NCBI GenBank assembly: GCA_965112735.1
Contig: OZ218965.1
Location: forward strand, 1,922,001-1,986,000
DNA length: 64,000 bases
Source of the DNA: Phaeosaccion multiseriatum
Taxonomy: Eukaryota; Protista; Ochrophyta, other classes
Direction of reading: 5' to 3'
The position numbers and the translations under genes were made by a program. Shown here one piece after another: positions 1 through 12,419 of this stretch (positions are counted from its first letter, which is position 1; every line of letters begins with the position of its first letter). A model generated the notes under the pieces. That model was not told the DNA's origin. It saw nothing but the letters and a program-made list of their open reading frames with translations, and ran no database searches.

Positions 1-84
1 CCCTCACTCGACCAATTGTCGTATCTTGGCCTGTGAGAAGCCACTGCGAGCTCAGGGAAAGAAGAGGGAGCGAGGGAGGGAGGG

Positions 85-265
85 AGTGAGCGGGTGCGTG
101 CGTGGGTGGATGCGTGGGTGGGAACGTGCGTGCGTGCGTGTGTGCGTGCGTGAGTGAGTGAGTGAGTGACGAATGAATGAATGAGTGCGCGTGCGTGCGT
201 GAGTGAGTGAACGAGTGGGTTAGCTAGGGTGTGAGTGAGTGAGTGAGTGAGCGTGTGCGTGCGTT
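85..265. repeat. Compound (GCGT)n/(GAGT)n/(GAAT)n microsatellite (second copy at ~12609-12776)
   Basis: Directly visible tetranucleotide runs. Confidence 0.9.
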
Positions 266-1426
266 TGTGGGTGGATGCCACACTGTCACACTGGTGGAGT
301 GTTTGCATGATAAGTGGGTGCCTGAGAAGTGGGGAGTGAGGACGAGGAGGAGTGTCAAAGCTACACCCTCCTGCGCTGTCACTCGCTGCCTGGCTGGACC
401 ACGCCTTGCACACTTTGTCTCAAGATGCTGCCCTTGCTCTACCTTATGAGGGCCTGCTGTCCAAGTGATGTTATGATGCTGAGAAACGAAGTTTTCAAAG
501 GGTTGTTAGAGAGAGAGAGGCCCTAGCCAAAGGAAGGGCCCAGCAGAGGAAACTTGGGGTCCCCTAGCTAGGCCAGGACCCAACAGAGGTAGGTTAGGGG
601 TTTTGAGCTCCCCCTAGGCCTAGCTAGGCCAGGGACCTGCGTCTCTAAACCTAGACCAATAGGCCGGTCTGGAACCGAGGAGGGGAATCGGAGGGCTACC
701 ATGATCGTGTAAGTTGGGCGTATGTTTGGTTTCACAGCTGGCACTTCTCTTCTCTGATTCGTTCGATGTTTGCACGGCTAAGTATGTTCTTTACAGGGCC
801 TAGGCCAGGAGCCTGCGGCTCCTCTAGGCCGGCCGAATTTAGACCTAGGCCAATATTGGGAGATTCTTCTCTGTCAGTCTCTTCAAGCACTGTCAGTTGA
901 TTACTAATATTAAGTCAATAAATAATTCTTCTCGTGTTTCAAATTTCTTCTCTCTGGTTCGTTGACTCCTTCTTAACTCTAGTACCTCTTCTCGTCCTCT
1001 CCATCCCACTGCTAAATACGGCCTAGGCCATGGGCCTGCGCCACATAGGCCGGTCTGTGGCCGAGGAGGGGTACCAATCGTGTAAGAAGTTGGGTTAGTT
1101 TCACAGCTGGTACAGTACTTGCTTCTCGCGATTCGAGAATATACTGAAATGGTTCTTTGCACGGATAGCTACGTTCTTTGCAACGGCATCACCATGTTAT
1201 ATTGTATATGCACCCCAATTCAGTAAAATGTATGCGAACTACCTACTCGGCCCATTCTGTATTCTGGCGGGTTGTTATGCTGGGCACGCAATTATGGAGG
1301 GGGGTGCTTGCTCGAAGCTCGAGGAACACAAATTAGGCTTGAATGCAGTGGTGGTACAATCACAAACACAAGAACAAGAAGGAAATATTTGCAAAAAGCA
1401 CGACAGGATATCTACGACAAGCCAAC

Positions 1427-4400
1427 ATGAAGATGAAGATGCACCTGCTGCCTGTGTGCGCGGTGCTTTGCGCCCTGCTTCCGGCACGTCTCGTCCAGGG
1501 ACAAACATGTAAGAGAGCGAGGAGGATGCAAAAGGCAGGGTGGGAGTGGGCAGCCACTGGTTGGGGAGGAGCAGGCAGCCAGCGCCGCAGCAGCAGCGAT
1601 GGCCCGTGGCCCGCTACCCTCCTGGCTGCTGTTCTGAATGACCGGCCTCCCAGCCATGGCTGGCTCATGATGCCTGAGACCTGACGCTGGCCTTCCTTCT
1701 TGTATTTGCTTGCCGCCACGCTTTGTTCCTTGGCCCTTGCTGCCTTGCCGTGGTTCTTCTGTTGTTCTTCCGACAACACCAGCTTCAACACCGGTGCGTA
1801 GCTAAGGCCTGGGAATGGTTGTGCGTGTACTCGAGTACACATACTAGTCCGGCTGCTCCAGTCATGCGGCTTTCTTTTTGCAACGACGACGTATTCTCTT
1901 CTCTCTTTAGTGTATACCCTTCTGAAAAAAACAGTCTGATCTTTCTCAGGCACAGTGTCCCTCTTTGCTCCCTTCAACACCTTGATCTTACCTCCTCCTC
2001 TCTCACCCGTCCCTCCCGTCAGGCGCTTTCGTCGTGTCAAGCCGATGCAGACGCCTTCCTGAGCATGACTGACCAGGAGCTTTTCGACATGCAAGACTCC
2101 GACAACAGGATTGGCGAATACTGCTACAACCGACAAATCTCTAGCAGCTCTGCTGCCTGCAACTACTATGTCCTAGCGGTACCGAGCGCCACTCATTCCG
2201 GCTGGCCCCGCACCACCCCAGGCGACGCAGGGACGGGCTGTGTGTATGAGGGTGACGGGGGCCCGACCAGGTGCTTCTTCCAGGACTCCAGCTACAATCT
2301 CACCGGGGCGGAACGCAGCTCTATGTGCACGCAGGACGTCGTGGCCAATGCGGCGGCTCAACTGCGCCATGCCATCACGAATGGAGCTTGCTGTGACGCG
2401 ACGGAGGTATGTATGTATGCATGCATGTACGTGTGTGTGTGTGCACGGGCAGGGATGGCAATCTATGGATGTACATACGCAGACGCGGATGGTGGGCAGC
2501 TCATCTGCGGCACACCCGCCCACCCCCTTTACCCACCCACCCACCCACTCACCCAGTCGCCGCGTCTGTTGGAGATGTTCCATCTGGACTCTCCCGCCTC
2601 TAATGCCCTCTCGCCCATCCTCCCCTCCTCTCTCTTATTCGTACGCTCACTGTCGGCCACAGGAACCCACGCCAGTCCCCACTCCGCCCCCTACACCTGT
2701 CCCGACAACACCGCCTCCAACACCGGTACGTCCCGAAGTGCTTAACCTTGTCGCTCTCAGCGTCTCCATGTTTGCTCACTTCAACACCTGCACCTGCGTG
2801 TGCCCCACATCCTCCTCCGCCCGTCCTCCCCTTCAGGCGCCTTCGTGTCAAGCAGATGCGGACGCCTTCCTGAGCATGACTGACCAGGAGCTGTTCGACA
2901 TGCAAGACTCCGACAACAAGATTGGCGAATACTGCTACAACCGACAAATCTCTAGCAGCTCTGCTGCCTGCAACTACTATGTCCTGGCGGTACCAAGCGA
3001 CACTCATTCCGGCTGGCCCCGCACCACCCCAGGCGACGCGGGGACCGGCTGTGTGTATGAGGGTGACGGGGGCCCGACCAGGTGCTTCTTCCAGGACTCC
3101 AGCTACGATCTCACCGGGGCGGAGCGCAGCTCCATGTGCACGCAGGACGTCGTGGCCAATGCGGCGGCTCAACTGCGTCATGCCATCACGAATGGAGCTT
3201 GCTGTGACGCGACGGAGGTATGTATGTATGCAGGCATGTACGTGTGTGTGTGTGCACGGGCAGGGATGGCAATCTATGGATGTACATACGCAGACGGATG
3301 GTGGGCAGCTCATCTGCGGCACACCCGCCCACCCCCTTTACCCACCCACCCACCCACTCACCCAGTCGCCGCGTCTGTTGGAGATGTTCCATCTGGACTC
3401 TCCCGCCTCTAATGTCCTCTCGCCCATCCTCCCCTCCTCCTTCTGCTTCGTATGCTCACTGTCGGCCACAGGAACCCACGCCAGTCCCCACTCCGCCCCC
3501 TACACCTGTCCCGACAACACCCGCTCCCACACCGGTACGTCCCGAAGTGCTTAACCTTGTCGCTCTCAGCGTCTCCCTGTTTGCTCACTTCAACACCTGC
3601 ACCTGCGTGTGCCCCACATCCTCCTCCGCCCGTCCTCCCCTTCAGGAGCCTTCGTGTCAAGCAGATGCGGACGCCTTCCTGAGCATGACTGACCAGGAGC
3701 TGTTCGACATGCAAGACTCCGACAACAAGATTGGCGAATACTGCTACAACCGACAAATCTCTAGCAGCTCTGCTGCCTGCAACTACTATGTCCTGGCGGT
3801 ACCGAGCGATACTCATTCCGGCTGGCCCCGCACCACCCCAGCCGACGCAGGGACGGGCTGTGTGTATGAGGGTGACGGGGGCCCGACCAGGTGCTTCTTC
3901 CAGGACTCCAGCTACGATCTCACCGGGGCGGAACGCAGCTCCATGTGCACACAGGACGTCGTGGCCAATGCGGCGGCTCAACTGCGTCATGCCATCACGA
4001 ATGGAGCTTGCTGTGACGCGACGGAGGTATGTATGTATGCATGTATGTGTGTGTGTACGAGCAGGGATGGCAATCTATGGGTGTACATGTAGACGTAAGG
4101 TGTGCAGCTCATAGCGGCACCACCCCACCACCCCCACCCACCCACCCAGTCGCCGCGTCTGTTGGGGATGTTCCATTTAAACCCTTGTGTACCCATCACT
4201 ACTAATACCCTCTCGCCCATCCTCGCCTCCTCCTTCTGCTTCGTACGCTCACTGTCGGCCACAGGAACCCACGCCAGTCCCCACTCCGCCCCCTACACCT
4301 GTCCCGACAACACCGCCTCCAACACCGGTACGTCCCGAAGTGCTTAACCTTGTCGCTCTCAGCGTCTCCCTGTTTGCTCACTTCAACACCTGCACCTGCG

Positions 4401-5651
4401 TGTGCCCCACATCCTCCTCCGCCCGTCCTCCCCTTCAGGAGCCTTCGTGTCAAGCAGATGCGGACGCCTTCCTGAGCATGACTGACCAGGAGCTGTTCGA
4501 CATGCAAGACTCCGACAACAAGATTGGCGAATACTGCTACAACCGACAAATCTCTAGCAGCTCTGCTGTCTGCAACTACTATGTCCTGGCGGTACCGAGC
4601 GACACTCATTCCGGCTGGCCCCGCACCACCCCAGGCGACGCAGGGACGGGCTGTGTGTATGAGGGTGACGGGGGCCCGACCAGGTGCTTCTTCCAGGACT
4701 CCAGCTACGATCTCACCGGGGCTGAACGCAGCTCCATGTGCACGCAGGACGTCGTGGCCAATGCGGCGGCTCAACTGCGTCATGCCATCACGAATGGAGC
4801 TTGCTGTGACGCGACGGAGGTAAGTATGTATGCAGGCATGTACGTGTGTGTGTGTGCACGGGCAGGGATGGCAATCTATGGATGTACATACGCAGACGGA
4901 TGGTGGGCAGCTCATCTGCGGCACACCCGCCCACCCCCTTTACCCACCCACCCACCCACCCACCCACCCAGTCGCCGCGTCTGTTGGAGATGTTCCATCT
5001 GGACTCTCCCGCCTCTAATGTCCTCTCGCCCATCCTCCCCTCCTCCTTCTGCTTCGTATGCTCACTGTCGGCCACAGGAACCCACGCCAGTCCCCACTCC
5101 GCCCCCTACACCTGTCCCGACAACACCGCCTCCAACACCGGTACGTCCCGAAGTGCTTAACCTTGTCGCTCTCAGAGTGTCCCTGTTTGCTCACTTCAAC
5201 ACCTGCACCTGCGTGTGCCCCACATCCTCCTCCGCCCGTCCTCCCCTTCAGGAGCCTTCGTGTCAAGCAGATGCGGACGCCTTCCTGAGCATGACTGACC
5301 AGGAGCTGTTCGACATGCAAGACTCCGACAACAGGATTGGCGAATACTGCTACAACCGACAAATCTCTAGCAGCTCTGCTGCCTGCAACTACTATGTCCT
5401 GGCGGTACCGAGCGACACTCATTCCGGCTGGCCCCGCACCACCCCAGGCGACGCAGGGACGGGCTGTGTGTATGAGGGTGACGGGGGCCCGACCAGGTGC
5501 TTCTTCCAGGACTCCAGCTACGATCTCACCGGGGCGGAGCGCAGCTCCATGTGCACGCAGGACGTCGTGGCCAATGCGGCGGCTCAACTGCGTCATGCCA
5601 TCACGAATGGAGCTTGCTGTGACGCGACGGAGGTATGTATGTATGCATGTA

Positions 5652-5684
<33 letters not shown>

Positions 5685-6785
5685 ATGTATGTTTGTGACC
5701 ATGGGCAGGGATGGCAATCTATGGATGTACAAGCATAGACGGATGGTGGACAGCTCATTAGCGGCACCACTCCACCCTCTCAACCCACCCATCCATCCAC
5801 CTACCCAGTCTCCACGTCTGTTGGCGATGTTCCATCTGGACTCTTGTGTACCCGCCTCTAATGCACTCTCGCCCATCCTCCCCTTCTCTTTCTGCCCCCT
5901 GCTTCCTACCCTCACTGCCGGTCACAGGAACCCACGGCAGTCCCCACCCAGACCCCTGTACCCACGCTGGTCCCCACTCCGCCCCCTATCAAGGAGATCA
6001 ACTGCGCCTCGCTGGGATGGCCGGGCAGCTGCGGCGCCTTCACCGACGCTGCGTCCTGCAACTGCTGGACCTCTTCCTCCTTCGCGTGCTCGTGGTCCGG
6101 CAACAGCTGCGGCACTGGTGGTGGTGGCGGCGGCCCTACTCCTACTCCTCCTCCACTGGCCACCAGGCCCCCGACGATGGCGCCCACGCCAGGGACCCCG
6201 CCTCCTGTCGGAGAGGTGAACTGTGCCGCGCTGGGATGGCCGGGCAGCTGCGGCGCCTTCACCGACGCTGCCTCGTGCAGCTGCTGGACCTCTTCCTCCT
6301 TCGCGTGCTCGTGGTCGGGCAACAGCTGCGGCACTGGTGGTGGTGGCGGTGGCCCTACTCCTACTCCTCCTCCACTGGCCACCAGGCCCCCGACGATGGC
6401 GCCCACGCCAGGGACCCCGCCTCCTGTCGGAGAGGTGAACTGTGCCGCGCTGGGATGGCCGGGCAGCTGCGGCGCCTTCACCGACGCTGCCTCGTGCAGC
6501 TGCTGGACCAAGTCCTCCTTCGCGTGCTCGTGGTCCGGCAGCAGCTGCGGCACTGGTGGTGGTGGCGGCGGCCCTACTCCTACCCCCCCTCCATTGGCCA
6601 CCAGGCCCCCGACGTACGCGCCCACGCCAGGGACCCCCCCTCCTGTGACTTCCCCCGAGGTGGACTGCACGCGGCTGGGCTGGGGCGGATCGTGCGGCGG
6701 TTTCACCTCCGAAGGCGAGTGCGAGTGCTGGGCATCTTCGTCCTTCGCATGCGGCTGGAGCAGCGCCGATCAGCAGTGCCACTGA
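1427..6785 (+). CDS. Secreted modular Cys-rich protein A1 (~1036 aa): signal peptide, 5 x 8-Cys domain with Pro/Thr linkers, 4 x 6-Cys/Trp modules
   Basis: Exons 1427-1508 (MKMKMHLLPVCAVLCALLPARLVQGQT), 1783-1793, 2023-2406, 2663-2725, 2837-3217, 3472-3534, 3646-4026, 4265-4327, 4439-4819, 5078-5140, 5252-5632, 5928-6785. All introns are GT..AG and the frame is continuous to TGA. The micro-exon is inferred. Confidence 0.85.
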
Positions 6786-7302
6786 AGAGAGTGATCGCCG
6801 AGCAGCGAGGGCCAGCTGTTGCCATCAAGGGTAGTTCTTACTCGGCGGACGGCTTGTGCTCGTCTCTTACTTGTACGACTTGGAGGGGGCTGCAGCCAGG
6901 AGGGAAGGAAGGGTGTGATTGGACCGGACTGATGGCTGCACACGTTTGGGGGGTTGAGTTGTGGGGCGATTCCTGCCCAAGCTGGCGGGGCGCCGACGAG
7001 AGGGAGAGTGTGTGGAGTGGGCGCGTGTGTGCGTGCGTGCCGTGTACAATAGTTGGAAAAGCAAGATGATTTCGTATCTGTCCACGTGGTAAGATTAATG
7101 CATTTGAAGTACACATCTTCCGGTCTTGCGTCTTCCTCCTAACCCATCTAGTTTGGAGCTAGTGAACGGCCCACGCCTTGGTTCTCAAGCCACGTCTCAT
7201 ATGTATGCTCACTTCGTATACGCCTGCTGCTATTCTTGCAACAACAGTGGGAAGAGACCTTCACAAACGGAGGGGTGGAGGGCACCTTATCTCCTCCGTC
7301 AT

Positions 7303-7660
7303 TCTGCCTGCTGCTCCTCTTCCTCGCTGTGGCCTCCTCTCGCCGACTCTACGCTGCCGCCTTCGCTTCGTCCGTCAGCCCCGCCTCTTTCTACCCCCTC
7401 CTCTTTCTTGGTCTCTTGCTGCCCCTTCTCGGCGTTCTGCAGCCTCTGTGGCTTGAACCTCCTCCGCGCTGCTCAGGAGGGGAACTTCCATTCCTGCTGC
7501 GCTTTGTGCCGGCTGCTCCGCAGCTCCGGCAGAGCTGCTTCCCTGAGCTACCATCCCTGCGCTGCGCAGAGAGCAGCGCGATGGCGCTGACGAAGAGCCT
7601 GCATCATCCCCCGGGAGAGCTTCAGCTCTGAGAAACTCCATAGCCACGCAGATCGCTAGT
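7303..7660 (-). repeat. Dispersed degenerate repeat (other copies ~11941-12340, ~19066-19425, ~56405-56780)
   Basis: Shared blocks such as ctctgcctgctgttcctcttcctcgctg, tcgtccgtcagccc, ttggtctcttgctgcccc, cctgagctgccatccctgcg and gctctgagaa occur in all four places. Boundaries are approximate. Confidence 0.8.
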
Positions 7661-8714
7661 ACCCCCTTTGCCCCTGCATTGCGTTGCCATGGGCACAACA
7701 AAGAGAGCAGGACCGGCAGGAGTTGATCACGACTTGACATGAGCCCGATAGCGATGCCGAAGTTGCCGGCCCCCGAGGAGGTCTCTGCTCAGCTCACACG
7801 CCGCTCTGAAGGCTGAACAGTCCTGCTTGCACCAGCAGTCTCCTTCACGCACTGCGAGCTTCAGGGGAGGGTGCCAACAGCCGAGGCAGCGACTCAGAAA
7901 GAGCACCTGCTGAAACATTGCGTTGGCAGGTTGTGGATCTGATGCTGCTCGCCGTGCTCTTCGTGCTCTCCCTGCCCTCCGTGCCCTCCGTGCCCTCCAT
8001 CCTCTCGCTCCTCCTGTGGCGTGGAGGGGACAGACGGAGCTACAGGCGACTCGCTCCGCGCCCCCCGGCCCCGATCCTGAGCTCCCCCGCCCCCCTCCTC
8101 CTTTGCACCTTAGCCGCCCTCGCTCTCTTCCTCTCTCCCGTCCTCTCGTTCGGCATCCTGTTCCCCCTCACACTCTATGTGTCCTCTATCCTGGCCTCAA
8201 CATGTACATCAGGCCACAGTCCGACTTATTACTCACGCCATCGCGCGCCTCGCTCCAAAGGAGTCCAGGAGAGCGCCTGAAGCAAAGTGTGACATCTGAA
8301 CCAGGGCAAGGATTGGAGGGTTAGTTCATGCCCCCTATTCTATCTTCAGACCTCTATCCGGACACTTACCTTTTAGTATTTAGGGATCCGGCAGGTTAAT
8401 TTTAATTTGAAGGGAACCGCCTTCGGAAAGCCAGCCGTCCTGTTGCAAGTTGGTCATTCGAGTCACAGTTGGGCATACGGCGCCATTTTCTTTTTCTTTG
8501 ATCACCATTTACAACAGCAATTGTTAGACGTTACAGATCTGTTACAAGTAGTTGGTATGTTAGTCACGCAAGCATGGCTCAAGGCTGCCAATAAGGGTGG
8601 TCGGTACGATAGAAAGCTTGAAGGTGTGACTTACCGCGCTTGCACGCGATTAAACTGGCACCATGTACAGTGGCACAACCCAGACACGACACAAAAAAGC
8701 AGAACCACGACAAC

Positions 8715-9618
8715 ATGAAGATGAAGATGAAGATGCTGCCGGTGTGCGCGGTCCTGTGCACCCTGCTTCCAGCACGTCTCGTCCAGGGACAAACACGTAA
8801 GAGAGCAAGGGATAACATGGACTGGTTGTTGCAAGCACTCAAGAAGACGGGTAGTGGGAGTGGGGAGGAGCAGCGCCGCAGCAGCAGCGATGGTCCATGG
8901 CCCGCTACCTTCCTGATGTCATGAATGACTGGGCTCCCATGCCTGACCTGACGCTGCCCTTGCTTTATTTCTTGCCGCCACGCTATGCTGCCGTGGTTCC
9001 TGCTGCCCTCGCTCTGCCTGCACCTGTTCCGACAACACCAGCTCCAACACCGGTACGTATGGGAATGGTCGTGGTACACAGAGACTTCTTCATGCGGCTT
9101 TCTTCATGTAGTTGTGTGCTCTCAGTGTGTGCAGTCTTATCTCCCTCAGAGGGTCCCTCTTTGCTCACTTCAACACCTTTACCTTACCTCCTCCTCTCTC
9201 GCCCGTCCTACCGTCAGGCGCCTTCGTCGTGTCAAGCAGACGCAAACGCCTTCCTGAGCATGACTGACCAGCAACTGTTCGACATGCAAGACTCCGACAA
9301 CCGGATTGGCGACTACTGCTACAACCGACAAATCTCTAGCAGCTCTGCTGTCTGCAACTACTATGTCCTGGCGGTACCGAGCGCCACTCATTCCGGCTGG
9401 CCCCGCACCACCCCAGGCGACGCAGGGACGGGCTGTGTGTATGAGGGTGAGGGGGGCCCGACCAGGTGCTTCTTCCAGGACTTCAGTTACGATCTCACCG
9501 GGGCGGAACGCAGCTCCATGTGCACGCAGGACGTCGTGGCCAATGCAGCCGCTCAACTGCGTCATGCCATCACGAATGGAGCTTGCTGTGACGCGACTCA
9601 GGTATGCATGTATGCATG

Positions 9619-9652
<34 letters not shown>

Positions 9653-11419
9653 TGTATGTATGATGATGTATGTACATATATGTATGTATGTGTGTGCACG
9701 GGCAGGGATGGCAATCTATGGGTGTGCATACGTAGACGGATGGTGGGCAGCTCATCAGCGGCACAAACGCCACCCTCTCCACCCACCCACCCAGTCTCCG
9801 CGTCTGTTGGGGATGTTCCATCTGGACTCTTGTGTACCCGCCTCTAATACACTCTCGCTCCCTCCTCTTTCTGCTTCTTACCCTCACTGCCGGCCACAGG
9901 AACCCACGCCAGACCCCACTCCTGCCCCTACAATGGTGTCCACCACGCTAGACCCCACTCCGGCCCCTACACCTGTCCCGACAACACCCGCTCCAACACC
10001 GGTACGTCCCGAAGTGCCTAACCTTGTTGCTCTCTCTCAGAGAGTCCCTCTTTGCTCACTTCAACACCTGCACCTGTGCCCCACCCCTTCTTCCGCCCGT
10101 TTTCCCCTTCAGGCGCCTTCGTGTCAAGCAGATGCAGACGCCTTCCTGAGCATGACTGACCAGGAGCTGTTCGACATGCAAGACTCCGACAACAGGATTG
10201 GCGAATACTGCTACAACCGACAAATCTCTAGCAGCTCTGCTGCCTGCAACTACTATGTCCTGGCGGTACCGAGCGCCACTCATTCCGGCTGGCCCCGCAC
10301 CACCCCAGCCGACGCAGGGACGGGCTGTGTGTATGAGGGTGACGGGGGCCCGACCAGGTGCTTCTTCCAGGACTTCAGTTACGATCTCACCGGGGCGGAA
10401 CGCAGCTCCATGTGCACGCAGGACGTCGTGGCCAATGCGGCCGCTCAACTGCGTCATGCCATCACGAATGGAGCTTGCTGTGAGGCGACTCAGGTATGTA
10501 TGTATGCATGTATGTATGTATGTATGTATGTATGTATGATGTATGTATGTATGTATGTATGTATGTGTGTTTGTGACCATGGGCAGGGATGGCAATCTTT
10601 GGATGTGCATACGTAGACGGATGGTGGGCAGCTCATCATGGCACCAGGCCACCCTTTCCACCCACCCAGTCTCCGCGTCTGTTGGGGATGTTCTGTTCCA
10701 TCTGGGCTCTTGTGTACCCGCCTCTAATACACTCTCGCCCATCCTCCCCTCCTCTTTCTGCTTCCTACCCTCACTGCCGGCCACAGGAACCCACGGTAGT
10801 CCCCACCCAGACCCCTGTACCCACGCTGGTCCCCACTCCGCCCCCTACCAAGGAGATCAACTGCCCCTCGCTGGGATGGCCGGGCAGATGCAGCGCATTC
10901 ACCGACCGTGCTTCGTGCAACTGCTGGACCTCTTCTTCCTTCGCCTGCTCGTGGTCCGGGAACAGCTGCGGCACTGGTGGCGGTGGCCCTACTCCTACTC
11001 CTCCTCCACTGGCCACCAGGCCCCCGACGATGGCGCCCACGCCAGGGACCCCGCCTCCTGCAGGCGAGGTGAACTGTGCCGCGCTGGGATGGCCGGGCAG
11101 CTGCGGCGCCTTCACCGACGCTGCCTCGTGCAACTGCTGGACCAAGTCCGCCTTCGCGTGCTCGTGGTCCGGCAGCAGCTGCGGCACTGGTGGTGGTGGC
11201 GGCGGCCCTACTCCTACTCCTCCTCCACTGGCCACCAGGCCCCCGACGTACGCGCCCACGCCAGGGACCCCCCCTCCTGTGACTTCCCCCGAGGTGGACT
11301 GCACGCGGCTGGGCTGGGGCGGATCGTGCGGCGGTTACACCTCCGAAGGCGAGTGCGAGTGCTGGGCCACTTCGTCCTTCGCATGCGGCTGGAGCAGCGC
11401 CGATCAGCAGTGCCACTGA
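8715..11419 (+). CDS. Secreted modular Cys-rich protein A2 (~530 aa): signal peptide, 2 x 8-Cys domain, 3 x 6-Cys/Trp modules
   Basis: Exons 8715-8796, 9042-9052, 9218-9601, 9900-10001, 10113-10493, 10787-11419. Same splice architecture as A1, with an open frame. Confidence 0.85.
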
Positions 11420-12419
11420 AGAGAGTGATCGCCGAGCAGCGAGGGCCAGTTGTTGCCATCAAGGGTAGTTCTTACTCGGCGGACGGCTTGTGCTCGTCTC
11501 TTACTTGCACGACTTGGAGGGGGCTGCAGCCAGGAGGGAAGGAAGGGTGTGATTGGACCGGACTGATGGCTGCACACGTTTGGGGGGTTGAGTTATGGGG
11601 CGATTCCTGCCCAAGCTGGCGGGGCGCCGATGAGAGGGAGAGTGTGTGGAGTGGGCGCGTGTGTGCGTGTGTGCGTGCGTGCCGTGCACAATAGCTGGAC
11701 AAGCAAGATGATTTCGTATCTGTCCACGTGGTAAGATTAATGCAGTTCAGGTACACATCTTCCGGTCTTGCCTCTCCCTCCGAACCCGTCTAGTTTGGAG
11801 CTAGTGAGCGGCCCAGCGCCTTAGTTCTCAAGCCACATCTCATATATTCTGCTCGTACACACCTGCTGCTATTCTTGCGACAACAGTGGGAAGAGACCTT
11901 CACAAACGGAGGGTTGGAGGGCACCTTATCTCCTCCGTCACTCTGCCTGCTGTTCCTCCTCCTCGCTGTGGCCCCCTCTCGCCGACTCTACGCTGCCGCC
12001 TTCTCTTCGTCCGTCAGCCCCGCCTCTTTCTACCCCCTCCTCTTCTTGGTCTCTTGCTGACCCTTGTCGGTGTTCCACAGCCTCTGTGGCTTGCACTCGC
12101 TCCTCCGCGCTGCTCAGGAGGGGAACTTCCATCCCTGTGGCAGCGCTTGGTCCCGGCTGCTCTGCGGCTCCTGCAGAGCTGCTCCCCTGAGCTGCCATCC
12201 CTGCGCTCGATGAAGGCCCCTGCTCATCCGTGTCTTCTGCTCCTGCTCTGCGCAGAGAGCAGCGCGATGGCGCTAACGAAGAGCCTGCATCATCCCCCGG
12301 GAGAGCTTCAGCTCTGAGAAACTCCATAGCCACGCAGATCCCTAGTACCCTCTTCGCCCCTGCATTGCGTTGCCATGGGCACACCAAGCAACGAGAGCAG
12401 GACCGGCATGAGGGAAGGT

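Noticed and set aside
1427-6785. Assignment to diatom frustulins/pleuralins or CBM1 proteins
   Set aside because: The architecture is analogous (Cys domains with Pro/Gly linkers), but the frustulin CE/QGDCD motif and CBM1 Cys spacing are absent.
7918-8280. Hydrophobic 120-aa ORF (and copy at 19679-20032) as a membrane protein
   Set aside because: TTG start, pyrimidine-rich low complexity, indels between copies and no recognisable motif.
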